This document shows, in pieces, positions 54,606 to 63,694 of a stretch of DNA of 64,000 nt. The notes beneath the pieces were generated by a model. That model was not told where the DNA came from and did not search any database. It worked only from the letters and a program-made list of their open reading frames with translations. The stretch is from a virus (lineage: Duplodnaviria; Heunggongvirae; Uroviricota; Caudoviricetes; Ackermannviridae). The DNA lies in IMG/VR virus record IMGVR_UViG_2974499353_000001, positions 40,721-104,720 of that record; one strand, given 5' to 3'. Positions within the stretch are counted from its first letter, which is position 1, and every line of letters begins with the position of its first letter. The translations under genes were made by a program, and so were the position numbers.

Positions 54606-55334
54606 TTATTTCAGGGACTCTTTTAATTCTGGAGTCCCTATTTTATCAATGACGCCTCCAGCACAGAGATCTTTGGCCCATTCTCCAAGAACATTCGCAA
54701 AAGAGAAGTTTAGACATTCTTTGATCATACTTTCAATATGAGCAAGTTCTGCAGCTATCCCATCGGTGATATCATTTATAACTCCATTGACGGCGGTTAT
54801 TGCCTCATTGATATGTCCTGTTACTTCAGCAGCCAATTGCTGTAGTTTTGCCATCCCTTCTGAGGCACCTTCCATAATCATGTCATACAATTCCGATATC
54901 TTGTTAGTCACAGTCTGGAGAGCGCCTTCCATAGCGTTTAACCATTGGCGGCCTAGATCCTGAACAACACCGAATGCTTTGTTGATCAGGTCACAATTGT
55001 TTGGTTCCCGTGATATACTTTTCAAACCTGATTTATATGAAACGGAAGTCCCAATTCTTGAATACGCTTCATTTATGCTCTGGTCGCCATATGTGTTCAG
55101 TGTCGTTATCCCCGTGTTGGCAGAGCTATACATGTTTGTGGCTGCTGTAAGTTTATCTGGTGTTAATCCACCTGCTGACATAGCCACCTGCATTTCCGGA
55201 GTCGCGTTGGCAGTTATCAATGGTATATTGGTACTACCACTGGTGATTAAATCCTGTGAGGGACCGGAGAGGGACGGAAGCGGATTGCTAAATGCGTTAC
55301 CAGAGGAAAGGACATCGTAGATTTGTGCGTTCAT
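54606..55334 (-). CDS. Hypothetical protein (242 aa) with a Ser/Thr/Ala-rich N-terminus and a helical C-terminus
   Basis: ORF track. Confidence 0.5.
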   Translation of the reverse strand: MNAQIYDVLSSGNAFSNPLPSLSGPSQDLITSGSTNIPLITANATPEMQVAMSAGGLTPDKLTAATNMYSSANTGITTLNTYGDQSINEAYSRIGTSVSYKSGLKSISREPNNCDLINKAFGVVQDLGRQWLNAMEGALQTVTNKISELYDMIMEGASEGMAKLQQLAAEVTGHINEAITAVNGVINDITDGIAAELAHIESMIKECLNFSFANVLGEWAKDLCAGGVIDKIGTPELKESLK

Positions 55335-55364
55335 AAAAATACCCCCAATTTTGGGGGTATTTAA

Positions 55365-55535
55365 TCATGGTAGATGATAAATAAAGTTTTCTGAGAACTT
55401 TTTGGCAAACTTCTTCAGAAAGATGAATTTGGGGTCACGTGGGATACCCTTCATGTCATCTAAAGTAATAAAACAGATGCGCGCCATGAAGTACATGGTA
55501 AATGCGACACAAAGCACCAACAGTATTTGTAACAT
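55365..55535 (-). CDS. Small single-pass membrane protein (about 56 aa)
   Basis: ATG with SD GAGGAG. Helix LQILLVLCVAFTMYFMARICFI. Late-promoter box upstream. Confidence 0.45.
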   Translation of the reverse strand: MLQILLVLCVAFTMYFMARICFITLDDMKGIPRDPKFIFLKKFAKKFSENFIYHLP

Positions 55536-55562
55536 GGTATAACTCCTCATGGGTGGCAAATT

Positions 55563-55570
55563 TATTTATA
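55563..55570 (-). promoter_or_regulatory. T4 late promoter box TATAAATA
   Basis: Exact consensus on the minus strand, about 27 nt upstream of the ATG at 55535. Confidence 0.55.
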
Positions 55571-55988
55571 ACAATCGTTTGGTTTTGGGTTTGCCCATGA
55601 GAGTGATATTGACATTTATTCCCGCTTTCTTCATGCGCTTGATCATGTCTTGCGTCCCAGTAGACGAACCATCCCATAATGCAATTCCAAAGACCTCAAG
55701 ATCTTTTTGCTTCGCCAATGTTAGAGCCTTGTCCAGCATATCTTTGTTACGTTGATTGCCCGCACCTTTCCCATATAACGTATGGTAATTTTGAGGAATC
55801 GGCATTGGTGTAATATGCACATAATTGATTTCACACCAATCACGGGATATCAGATCCACACCTACTGCTTCACCTTCAATAAACGTCTCTATCTCGTGAG
55901 GGATTAAGAGTTCATCTAATTTGGCAAATATTTTGCCCCGCTCAGTTATAGAACGGGAACCCGTTATAAGAACGATATACTTCTTCAT
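55566..55988 (-). CDS. SLOG-superfamily (DUF2493/YspA-like) protein
   Basis: VLITGSRS...GEAVGVDLISRDW...GKGAGNQRNKDML...WDGSSTGTQDMIKRMKKAGI follows the DUF2493 pattern. Confidence 0.55.
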   Translation of the reverse strand: MKKYIVLITGSRSITERGKIFAKLDELLIPHEIETFIEGEAVGVDLISRDWCEINYVHITPMPIPQNYHTLYGKGAGNQRNKDMLDKALTLAKQKDLEVFGIALWDGSSTGTQDMIKRMKKAGINVNITLMGKPKTKRLL

Positions 55989-55993
55989 AGAAC

Positions 55994-56317
55994 TCACAGC
56001 GCCCCAAGATTGCCGATTACATACAGGCTGCACAAGGGAGTCCCTGATGAACGAGGTTCGATCGTCATCCCGCTCAGGCGGATCAGTTCCAGTAAGCCGT
56101 CAGTGGTCTGATACGCGCGTGTCGAACCGTTCGGTCGATATAGCTCCAGCTCAGTTCGCCCTTCCTTTAATGCATTGCGGATGCGAGTGAACACGCTGTG
56201 GCCTTGATATTTTTGACGTAGAATATCTAAACGGGTGATGAGATTTCGACTGCGGCTGCGACTGCGACGTCCCGTTGACGAAACAACTAATTTCATTTCT
56301 GGTGTTTTACAAGCCAT
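55994..56317 (-). CDS. Hypothetical Arg-rich protein (107 aa)
   Basis: ORF track. Confidence 0.4.
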   Translation of the reverse strand: MACKTPEMKLVVSSTGRRSRSRSRNLITRLDILRQKYQGHSVFTRIRNALKEGRTELELYRPNGSTRAYQTTDGLLELIRLSGMTIEPRSSGTPLCSLYVIGNLGAL

Positions 56318-56385
56318 GTTATAGTCCTCTATTTGTAGGGGTTGGGTATGATTTTAACATACCCGTTCAAATGGTTTAGAACAAA

Positions 56386-56850
56386 TTACAGATCTTGGCA
56401 CTGATCGCAATATTCGTCGTATGTGAATGTCTCATCACACAGGCCGTCACGCATCATATCGGCCTTGGCTTCGCCAAACATTTTCAGGGTGATAACGTTG
56501 CCGTCTAAATCTTTACGAAGTTCGTTCGGCTTGGTTTCTATGAAGTCGAACACCACAAAGAACCCTTCGGTGACATATTTGATGGTTTTGTTGCTCAGCT
56601 TACGGATGCCACCGTTCTTTTTGAAGATAGAGGTGCGGAGGTTTTCGAATTCAGCCAGGTTGTCATCGTGATTCTTGATAGCGTTCAGCATTGCGTCAAG
56701 GTCGATTTCAGGACGAAGCATTTTGACCTGATCTTCGCGGTCATAAGAAGTGAAAGATTCTATGTTGGTGATGCCCAGAGCGTTTTTAACAAACGCGTCA
56801 AATTTGGTGAAATTGTTGAATGCCCAGACGGAGATTTTTACGGTTGTCAT
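56386..56850 (-). CDS. Hypothetical protein (154 aa)
   Basis: Conserved leader CTGAAATGAAGGAACTACATC-ATG. Early cassette upstream. Confidence 0.5.
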   Translation of the reverse strand: MTTVKISVWAFNNFTKFDAFVKNALGITNIESFTSYDREDQVKMLRPEIDLDAMLNAIKNHDDNLAEFENLRTSIFKKNGGIRKLSNKTIKYVTEGFFVVFDFIETKPNELRKDLDGNVITLKMFGEAKADMMRDGLCDETFTYDEYCDQCQDL

Positions 56851-56894
56851 GATGTAGTTCCTTCATTTCAGAGTCAGTGTTGTGCTGCTTATGG

Positions 56895-56945
56895 AATGAA
56901 GTATACGGGGTTTATTGAAGAAGTAAACCCCGTTTATTGAATAAA
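56895..56945 (-). promoter_or_regulatory. Early promoter cassette (GGGGTTTACTTCTTCAATAAACCCCG TATACT)
   Basis: A hairpin encloses the -35 box. Shares the 16-mer TTATTGAAGAAGTAAA with the cassette at 21703..21718. Confidence 0.55.
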
Positions 56946-56953
56946 TTTTAAAT

Positions 56954-57190
56954 TTATTTGAAGCGATCAGGAAGAGTGTCGTGAACCTCAGCGCTCAGAA
57001 CCAGGAACTTGCCGTCTTTAGTAGGGAAGCAGTAGTCTTTCTTGATGTGGCGCATGTGTTCAGCCGTAGCCGCTACACAGTCGTTAGTCACGTCGGTCTT
57101 CTCACCTACCCACATACTGGTTTTGGTATTCAATGTACCTTGGAAGATAGTGCCCGTCAACGGGCTTGCTCCAATCTTTTTGATTCTCAT
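56954..57190 (-). CDS. Hypothetical protein (78 aa)
   Basis: ORF track. Confidence 0.4.
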   Translation of the reverse strand: MRIKKIGASPLTGTIFQGTLNTKTSMWVGEKTDVTNDCVAATAEHMRHIKKDYCFPTKDGKFLVLSAEVHDTLPDRFK

Positions 57191-57198
57191 ATCGGACC

Positions 57199-57639
57199 TC
57201 AGTTAATACGGAACAAATGCGGATAACCACCAGGATGACCCTGGCCAGTAACGAACACGTCGAATTTAGAACCCTTGATCAGGCCAGGCAGATTGCCGGA
57301 ATCTAGCAGTCCACGGATTTGATCCATTGCCATCATCCAGTTCTTAGCAGGTTCGGCCTCGGCCTCGCCGCGATTGAGGACAAGTTCGCCTTCAGAATAA
57401 TACTTCCCGCTGTCCTTCATGTAGTACAGCTTGATGTGGATGTACTGAGGGGAGGGGACTAAACGCCAGCCGTCATCAATCAGATCCTGGCGATCATTGT
57501 CCAGTGACTGATAATCAATATCACCAGATGGCAAACCATAGCTGCGCATGTAGCGGAACTTCTCAACACGATCTTTCACGTCGGAGATGAAGAACTCTTT
57601 CGTGGCGGGGCTGATGAATATGTATTTTCCTTTTGACAT
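57199..57639 (-). CDS. Hypothetical protein (146 aa)
   Basis: Leader GAGAGAACTACATC-ATG. Confidence 0.5.
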   Translation of the reverse strand: MSKGKYIFISPATKEFFISDVKDRVEKFRYMRSYGLPSGDIDYQSLDNDRQDLIDDGWRLVPSPQYIHIKLYYMKDSGKYYSEGELVLNRGEAEAEPAKNWMMAMDQIRGLLDSGNLPGLIKGSKFDVFVTGQGHPGGYPHLFRIN

Positions 57640-57699
57640 GATGTAGTTCTCTCAGTGATAGACCATATCATAATAGCACTGAGGACTGATAAAGAAAAA

Positions 57700-58347
57700 C
57701 TACATGAAATCTTTTACCCATTCAGAGTCTTCCATAGGAACCCAATTTTCGTATTTGAACATTTTGTACATGTTATAGAATACTCGAATATTATTCCCGT
57801 CGTTCATACGGTTACAAAATCGTTCATGCCCCCAACCTTCATTCTTCCATAATTGATAGAATTGGTCAGCCATAGCCCAAACGTGTTGTAATGGTTTGGC
57901 TCTAGGTCGATTCCATATCCTCACGCTTGCTTGATATTTGATCTGGGCTTGCCGTGATGTTTCCGAAAATCCAATTGGTTTGTTCTTTCCTCTTGTTACG
58001 TTAGACAAATGCGCCTTTGCTTCTTCACTGAGTGGCCCAGTCCTTCCAAAATAAACGAGGGAACCATCTTTCTTAACATGGAAACGATTTAAACAAAGAG
58101 GATTGGTGTGAACGGATTCGATCAATTGCGCTTCAACTTGGAGGGCTTCCTCTCCATCCTGACATAGCATTATTACTTCATGGGTGAAGTAATCTGGCCC
58201 ATGTTGTGATATAAGGGATTGGACGACTTTCGAGGACGTGAAATATTTTACCCAAAGTTCTTTGGGGTGACAGTTCTTTGCGTGACGGCATCCATAATAG
58301 ATGTGCCCATCTTTTGATTCTATTTTGTAAACGTATGGTTGGTTCAT
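57700..58347 (-). CDS. GIY-YIG homing endonuclease (Seg-like) downstream of gene 23
   Basis: GIY-YIG core YVYKIESKDGHIYYGCR. The C-terminal module WAMADQFYQLWK...MYKMFKYENWVPMEDSEWVKDF is homologous to the HNH enzyme C-terminus. Confidence 0.8.
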   Translation of the reverse strand: MNQPYVYKIESKDGHIYYGCRHAKNCHPKELWVKYFTSSKVVQSLISQHGPDYFTHEVIMLCQDGEEALQVEAQLIESVHTNPLCLNRFHVKKDGSLVYFGRTGPLSEEAKAHLSNVTRGKNKPIGFSETSRQAQIKYQASVRIWNRPRAKPLQHVWAMADQFYQLWKNEGWGHERFCNRMNDGNNIRVFYNMYKMFKYENWVPMEDSEWVKDFM

Positions 58348-58390
58348 AATTCCCCCTTTCAGGACATTATAACCCCATACTTCTGAAATA

Positions 58391-58413
58391 AAAACCCCGC
58401 CGAAGCGGGGTTT
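58391..58413 (-). terminator. Strong terminator AAACCCCGCCGAAGCGGGGTTT after gene 23
   Basis: Perfect hairpin plus T run. T4 likewise has a strong terminator after gene 23. Confidence 0.7.
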
Positions 58414-58430
58414 GTAAGTCGTTGTTTCTA

Positions 58431-59753
58431 TTAGAACAGCGACTTTATCAACCCTTTACGGAAGTAAACGTTGCTATCCTGAGCAATACCGTCAGCAGTC
58501 ACGTAAACCTGCGGGTCTTGGTTAGCCGGAATCTGTACGAACGGGTTAGCACAGATGCCGTAACGGGTTTTGAACGCCATACGCGGAGCGAAGGTGGTTT
58601 CACCCTGGGTGCGGTACATTTCCAGCGGCACATACGGCGCGAAGAAGATACCGGCATCCAGCGCAGTTGCGCCTTTGTATGCCAGAGTGATATATTCTGC
58701 TACAGCATACGGGTCAACATAGACGCGCATACCGTTGGACAGAACACCAGCGAAGGTCTGGCCAGTCGGGTCAACAGCCAGTTTAGTGTTTTCCTGCAGA
58801 ACCGGAGCATAGTCCAGCATGCCAGACATCGCCAGAGCGGATGCCACGTTCGGAGAACACAGAACACGGTTGCCTTTACCACGACGGGTGTCAACACCGA
58901 TACCGTTCGCTTCGACTTCCAGCATGAAAGTCAGGAACTTCCATTTTTCCAGCGCCCAACGACCAGAGATGTCCTGCGCGATATCAACAACACCGTTGGT
59001 GCCGAATTTTTTGAAGCGAACAGCACTGAAGTTCATGGTACGGATGAATTCACGGTTCATTTCCGCCTGAATTTCAGTTACCATCACGTCAGACAGGATA
59101 TTGTCCACGTCTTCGCCGTGAATTGCCATCATGTCCTGACGCAGTTCATGGCTGTAATCAGCGTACAGGCCGCGAGACTTGGCAGTAACGGTCGCTTTCT
59201 GAACAGTGATACCAACACGCGCCCAAGGGTTGGTGGTAGTACCCAGCAGTTCAGCGTCACTTGACGGCATACCTTTACCGATAGTGGTCACGCCAGAGCC
59301 GGAACCTTCGATCTCAGCCTGACTAAAGCCAGACGGGTCGCCAGCCTGTACAGTACCATCACCGGAATAGCCGGAATCGGCTTCCTGCATGAACAGTTCT
59401 TTACGAGACTGTGCGGTGTTGGAACTGTCACCAACGCCCTGGCGAGCGCGCAGTGCAAAGATCTGACCGTCAGGACCAGACAGCGGCTGAACACCGAAGA
59501 AGTCCATCGCGATGTTGATCGGCGCCAGACGTTTTGCCATGTCGATCAGAACTGGCTGCCATTTACCGACAGTGCTGTTCACAGAACCAGGTGCGTCAGA
59601 TTCGCCCAGGTTTTTTGCGTTCCATTCAGCCTGGTTCTGCATCAGACGGATGGTTACGTTTTCGGCAGACAGAGGTTGAATAGCTTCAGATTCTTTTTGG
59701 AGAACTGGCAGCCACTGTTTGCGCATTTCTTCGGTTACAAGTTTCTTAGTCAT
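58431..59753 (-). CDS. 23: Major capsid protein gp23
   Basis: APINIAMDFFGVQPLSGPDGQIFALRAR versus T4 IPNLIAFDICGVQPMNSPTGQVFALRA. Also C-terminal similarity (MRVYVDPYA, FKTRYGI). Confidence 0.9.
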   Translation of the reverse strand: MTKKLVTEEMRKQWLPVLQKESEAIQPLSAENVTIRLMQNQAEWNAKNLGESDAPGSVNSTVGKWQPVLIDMAKRLAPINIAMDFFGVQPLSGPDGQIFALRARQGVGDSSNTAQSRKELFMQEADSGYSGDGTVQAGDPSGFSQAEIEGSGSGVTTIGKGMPSSDAELLGTTTNPWARVGITVQKATVTAKSRGLYADYSHELRQDMMAIHGEDVDNILSDVMVTEIQAEMNREFIRTMNFSAVRFKKFGTNGVVDIAQDISGRWALEKWKFLTFMLEVEANGIGVDTRRGKGNRVLCSPNVASALAMSGMLDYAPVLQENTKLAVDPTGQTFAGVLSNGMRVYVDPYAVAEYITLAYKGATALDAGIFFAPYVPLEMYRTQGETTFAPRMAFKTRYGICANPFVQIPANQDPQVYVTADGIAQDSNVYFRKGLIKSLF

Positions 59754-59813
59754 GATGCTCGTTCCTTACATTGATATTCAGTTAAGTTGAAATTACTTAG
59801 TAGTTCAAAATCA

Positions 59814-59831
59814 AGCCCCCTTTCGAGGGCT
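59814..59831 (-). terminator. Hairpin AGCCCCCTTTCGAGGGCT between genes 22 and 23
   Basis: Partial terminator or attenuator. It would allow a separate, stronger gene 23 transcript. Confidence 0.45.
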
Positions 59832-59844
59832 GCGGCTGCTAAAA

Positions 59845-60684
59845 TTAGCCGTTCAGCAAAGCACTGATCTGGCGACGGACGGCTTCGTTGACTTCTTTGC
59901 CAACTTCGTCTTTGTCATCATCGTCATCGTCATCATCGTCGGCTTCACCTTCTTTCTTCGGTTTTTTACCTTCTTTGATGTCTTTTTCAGACTTGTCGCC
60001 ATCCGGCTTGCCTTTTTCATTGTCTTTGCCGACTTTATCAGAGAAGTCATCTTTGCCTTCTACCAGGTTACGGAAGGTGCGCACACGGGATTCAAATTCA
60101 GACTCGGTCTGGAATTCAATACCTTCCAGCAGGTTGACAACAGTGTCTTTCTTGGTGTCAACCATGCCTTCACAAATGCGATCAATTACGTCGGTGCGCT
60201 GGCGTTTAGTCTCGCTTTCTTTGAGCTGAGCCAACTCTGTATTAGCCATATTGGCGCGTTGTTCTGCTTCAGCAAGGCGACTGGTGAGGGCGGCAATCTG
60301 ACCGTCTGGGTCAGTAGCGAAACTCACACCTGCTTCTTTCAGCACGTTGGAGAAACCAGTGAGGAAGCGTTCAGCAGCTTCGGTTTTGATCTGAGCGTCA
60401 ATAGCCGGAGCATTTTTGTTAGCCCATTCTTCAACAACCGCGTTGAGGAACGAATCAACTTTTTCCGCCAACTGAAGAGTGAAATTTTCTTTAAGGTCTG
60501 CGACTTCTTTCTGGTGGGCTTCTACCAGAGTCAGGCGCTCAACGTTACCAGCCGCTTCAGTTTCTTGAATAGCTTGCAGACGGGCGGCTTCAACTTTAGA
60601 TTCCAGCAGACCAGATACTTTGTCCAAGAAATCGGTGCTGAGGCCATTAACGCCTTCAAACAGTTTTTGCAATTCAGGTTTCAT
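59845..60684 (-). CDS. 22: Prohead core scaffold protein gp22
   Basis: Coiled-coil protein with a poly-Asp C-terminus (ADDDDDDDDDKDE). Position between 21 and 23. Confidence 0.75.
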   Translation of the reverse strand: MKPELQKLFEGVNGLSTDFLDKVSGLLESKVEAARLQAIQETEAAGNVERLTLVEAHQKEVADLKENFTLQLAEKVDSFLNAVVEEWANKNAPAIDAQIKTEAAERFLTGFSNVLKEAGVSFATDPDGQIAALTSRLAEAEQRANMANTELAQLKESETKRQRTDVIDRICEGMVDTKKDTVVNLLEGIEFQTESEFESRVRTFRNLVEGKDDFSDKVGKDNEKGKPDGDKSEKDIKEGKKPKKEGEADDDDDDDDDKDEVGKEVNEAVRRQISALLNG

Positions 60685-60730
60685 GATAGTTTCCTTCTGA
60701 ACGATTTTTCAGTATTTAGTGAGCTGAATT

Positions 60731-61399
60731 TCAGCCCAGATGATTCAATGCTGCATCAAGGCGGCGCAGGAAGTCGTCTTCTACTTGAATATTGGCTTTC
60801 ACCAACTGATCAACAACGTTTCCTTTAACATCCCGAGGCATCCAAATACCCGAAGCCTCATCAAGCTGCCATTCAACAGATTCACTCACAGCCTTAACAT
60901 AACAAACTTGTCCAGAAGGACGGTCGACTGCATCAACAGCGGTGAGCATAAAGCCAGGCTGAACGTCATCATAACCGTTTACTGACTTGGTCTCACCCAG
61001 GCCACGTGTAGACACGGCCAGATTGAAGTCTGCTTCGGCCAATGCACGTATGATTTGGCCTTTTGGTGTATTTAAAATTCGCGCCCGACCGATGGCATTG
61101 GTGCCTTCCCAGCGAAGGGATTCGGTTTTGAGCGCTGCTTCCACCAGATTAGGGAAAGGATAGTCAGGATGTGTGACTTCACCGATTGCGCGACGATCTT
61201 GGATATACTCTTTGTCATATGCTTCGACAGCAGGGATACCCACTTTCTGTAGATCATAGTTACGCCCGTTCCGGTTTACTTGGTTACACATCACAAACGG
61301 ACCTTCGATGAACATGGCCTTCCCACCAGTTGAGGTCGTATCCTCACCGATTTGAAGATCCTTCCCTATCGCTGTGATCTCACGCAACAGTTTCATCAT
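60731..61399 (-). CDS. 21: Prohead protease gp21
   Basis: IGEVTHPDYPFPNLVEAA, GRARILNTPKGQII, AVSTRGLG are similar to T4 gp21. Confidence 0.85.
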   Translation of the reverse strand: MMKLLREITAIGKDLQIGEDTTSTGGKAMFIEGPFVMCNQVNRNGRNYDLQKVGIPAVEAYDKEYIQDRRAIGEVTHPDYPFPNLVEAALKTESLRWEGTNAIGRARILNTPKGQIIRALAEADFNLAVSTRGLGETKSVNGYDDVQPGFMLTAVDAVDRPSGQVCYVKAVSESVEWQLDEASGIWMPRDVKGNVVDQLVKANIQVEDDFLRRLDAALNHLG

Positions 61400-61406
61400 A
61401 AACTCC

Positions 61407-61724
61407 TTACTTGTTCTTACTCAGTCCCATCATTTTGCGGAACTTCATAGCCTTTTTCTTACGACGCTCGATTTTTCGTTGGTAGCCCATACCCATACGC
61501 TTTTTGGAGCGAAGAGCTTTTCGGTTGCCGATTTTGCGCACACGACGTTCGCTGGCATCCATGACTTCACAACGTGAACCGTCAGCCGATAATTTGAACC
61601 CAGGGGCACATTTCAGGCGGCGGCGGCGTTTACCACGAGCGTTCACTTTATCGATGACTCGCTGCTCGTCCATACGAGAGGCCAGGAAATCAGCGAACGT
61701 GGCGATCTCTGTGATTTCCATCAT
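61407..61724 (-). CDS. 68: Prohead core protein (gp68-like), highly basic
   Basis: Position between a gp67-like ORF and gene 21. Lys/Arg-rich. Confidence 0.45.
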   Translation of the reverse strand: MMEITEIATFADFLASRMDEQRVIDKVNARGKRRRRLKCAPGFKLSADGSRCEVMDASERRVRKIGNRKALRSKKRMGMGYQRKIERRKKKAMKFRKMMGLSKNK

Positions 61725-61732
61725 GCATCTCC

Positions 61733-61903
61733 TTACTGGCCGTTGTTGTTTGAATTCATATCAGCTGCGATAGAATCCAGAACATATGCTGTGCCTTGGT
61801 TTAATAGTTCTTGACTACGTGCATCAAGTTCCATGTTGCATTCTGCAACAGCAGTTTCAGTGTCACCGTCAATTACTGCACGAACGATATCAATTGCGCT
61901 CAT
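61733..61903 (-). CDS. 67: Small acidic prohead core protein (gp67-like), 56 aa, not in the ORF track
   Basis: Derived by hand: SD GGAGAT, then ATG...TAA. Translates as MSAIDIVRAVIDGDTETAVAECNMELDARSQELLNQGTAYVLDSIAADMNSNNNGQ. Position between 20 and 68, as in T4. Confidence 0.4.
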   Translation of the reverse strand: MSAIDIVRAVIDGDTETAVAECNMELDARSQELLNQGTAYVLDSIAADMNSNNNGQ

Positions 61904-61944
61904 GATTTTGATCTCCGAATTAATTTTCTATATTTAGTTGAACT

Positions 61945-63627
61945 TTAAATACTATCGTCTGTTGAACCGGAGAATGGGATAGTCTCAGGTTTAAACTTCA
62001 ACGGACTAACATCTGAACCGCTATAATTGCCAGTTTCATCCGCCTGAACCTTCGGATAGAGATCTTTCTTCTTCTCTTCTGCAATCTTGGCCTGTTGTTC
62101 TTTAACTTCTTCATCTGACATACGGAGAACATTTCTCATAACGTAATCAATGGAGAATATAGAACCGACAAAAGGCTCAACAGTGTTCAATGAAGCCAGA
62201 CGATCATTCAAGATAGCGTTTTCTTGTTGTTCACGAATGTAACTATCTGATGTGAATTCAAACTTTATAAACGGTTTGATCTTCTCATTCCAATCCTTTT
62301 CATCCGTTACGCCTTTCAAAATTAATTGACGACGTAAAAACTCCATAAAGAAATGGGAGTAACGGCGACGCAACCCAGCACAGAACTTGCTGAAACGCAG
62401 CTCTTCCTGTGTAATCTCCGCAAGGTTAGAACCCCCAATGTTAATAGATCCTTCCTCTTGGAGGCGGCTCTTAGGGATCATTAGAGCATCATAGAGTTTT
62501 TCACGGAAATAGTTCACGTGATCCATTTCGCCCAATTGATTCCCACCACCAACAGTCGCGATCTCTGTAGCATTCTGACCTTCGCGGCGCGGCAACCAAT
62601 AATCTTCTGCAATACCCATAAGATGGGCGTTGCCTGTGATTTTACCAGTGGTGCGGTCATATGCGTTGCGGTTTTTGAATTTGCCCATCATCATGGTCAT
62701 GTATTCTTCGGCAGATTTCTTACCGAGAGTACCGACGTCAAGATAGAATGCGCGTTTCTCAGGGGCGCGAGTGATGGCATAAATTACAGTCGCATCTTCA
62801 GTCGTAACCAGGTTGTTCAACGGACGGATAGCAGGATTTAAAAGGCCTGGGACAATACCATTGGCCAATGGCTCTTCACCACTATCGATGTAAACAATGC
62901 TTTCGTCATCGAATACGAGTTCTTGCTGTGAAGGCTGGAAGTTCTGGGAAGTACCAGATTGGCCAGTGAATTGGTTCCGATTATAATTCGGGTTGTAATA
63001 GTATTTCAGCGTTACAGATTCGATCGCTTCTATACCACCTTCACGCATTGCCTTTTCAACGATGTACACAGGACGAATACAACGAGAATCCAGCATGACC
63101 AATTTCTTGATCCCGCCTTTTTTATTCGTGGGATCAACGATGACATGATATGCTTGTCGACCGTCAACATACCATTTCCGGATCTTCTGATATGCTGTAT
63201 TGTCAAAGTCCATCAAGTGCATAACTTCTTTGAAGCATTCGGTGATAGATTCTTTAACAGTATCAGATATCCCTTCAACTTTGTCAAGGTTTACTGTCAC
63301 TGGAGTTTCATCTTCCTCACAGGTGACAACATCATTGACAATAATGTCCACAGCTTTGCGAATTTCAGGCTGTTGAGCCATGGACTGATATTCTTCCACA
63401 ACTGTTTTAACGCTGAGAAGTTCACTCTCAACGCCAACATAGTTGTAGGTGTTTGCACCGCCCTGAAGGATTATAGAACCGTCTTGAGCGTCGTCCAGAG
63501 CAACAACTGTCGCTTTGGTTAGCAACCGTTCATCTTGTTTTTGGGCTAACTTATCGGTGTCGACTTTAGCGTTCACCAAACCGCCGCCGCCAAACAAACC
63601 GAAGAACCCTCTGCCGTATCCAGCCAT
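61945..63627 (-). CDS. 20: Portal vertex protein gp20
   Basis: RKWYVDGRQAYHVIVDP, ITRAPEKRAFYLDVG, EDYWLPRREGQNATE are similar to T4 gp20. Confidence 0.9.
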   Translation of the reverse strand: MAGYGRGFFGLFGGGGLVNAKVDTDKLAQKQDERLLTKATVVALDDAQDGSIILQGGANTYNYVGVESELLSVKTVVEEYQSMAQQPEIRKAVDIIVNDVVTCEEDETPVTVNLDKVEGISDTVKESITECFKEVMHLMDFDNTAYQKIRKWYVDGRQAYHVIVDPTNKKGGIKKLVMLDSRCIRPVYIVEKAMREGGIEAIESVTLKYYYNPNYNRNQFTGQSGTSQNFQPSQQELVFDDESIVYIDSGEEPLANGIVPGLLNPAIRPLNNLVTTEDATVIYAITRAPEKRAFYLDVGTLGKKSAEEYMTMMMGKFKNRNAYDRTTGKITGNAHLMGIAEDYWLPRREGQNATEIATVGGGNQLGEMDHVNYFREKLYDALMIPKSRLQEEGSINIGGSNLAEITQEELRFSKFCAGLRRRYSHFFMEFLRRQLILKGVTDEKDWNEKIKPFIKFEFTSDSYIREQQENAILNDRLASLNTVEPFVGSIFSIDYVMRNVLRMSDEEVKEQQAKIAEEKKKDLYPKVQADETGNYSGSDVSPLKFKPETIPFSGSTDDSI

Positions 63628-63662
63628 GATCTAAGTCCTCAACATTTTCTTGTAATTAGTGA

Positions 63663-63681
63663 GGGGGAATATGATTCCCCC
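63663..63681 (-). terminator. Hairpin GGGGGAATATGATTCCCCC after gene 19
   Basis: Perfect stem. Confidence 0.45.
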
Positions 63682-63694
63682 AGCACCGAGGACA

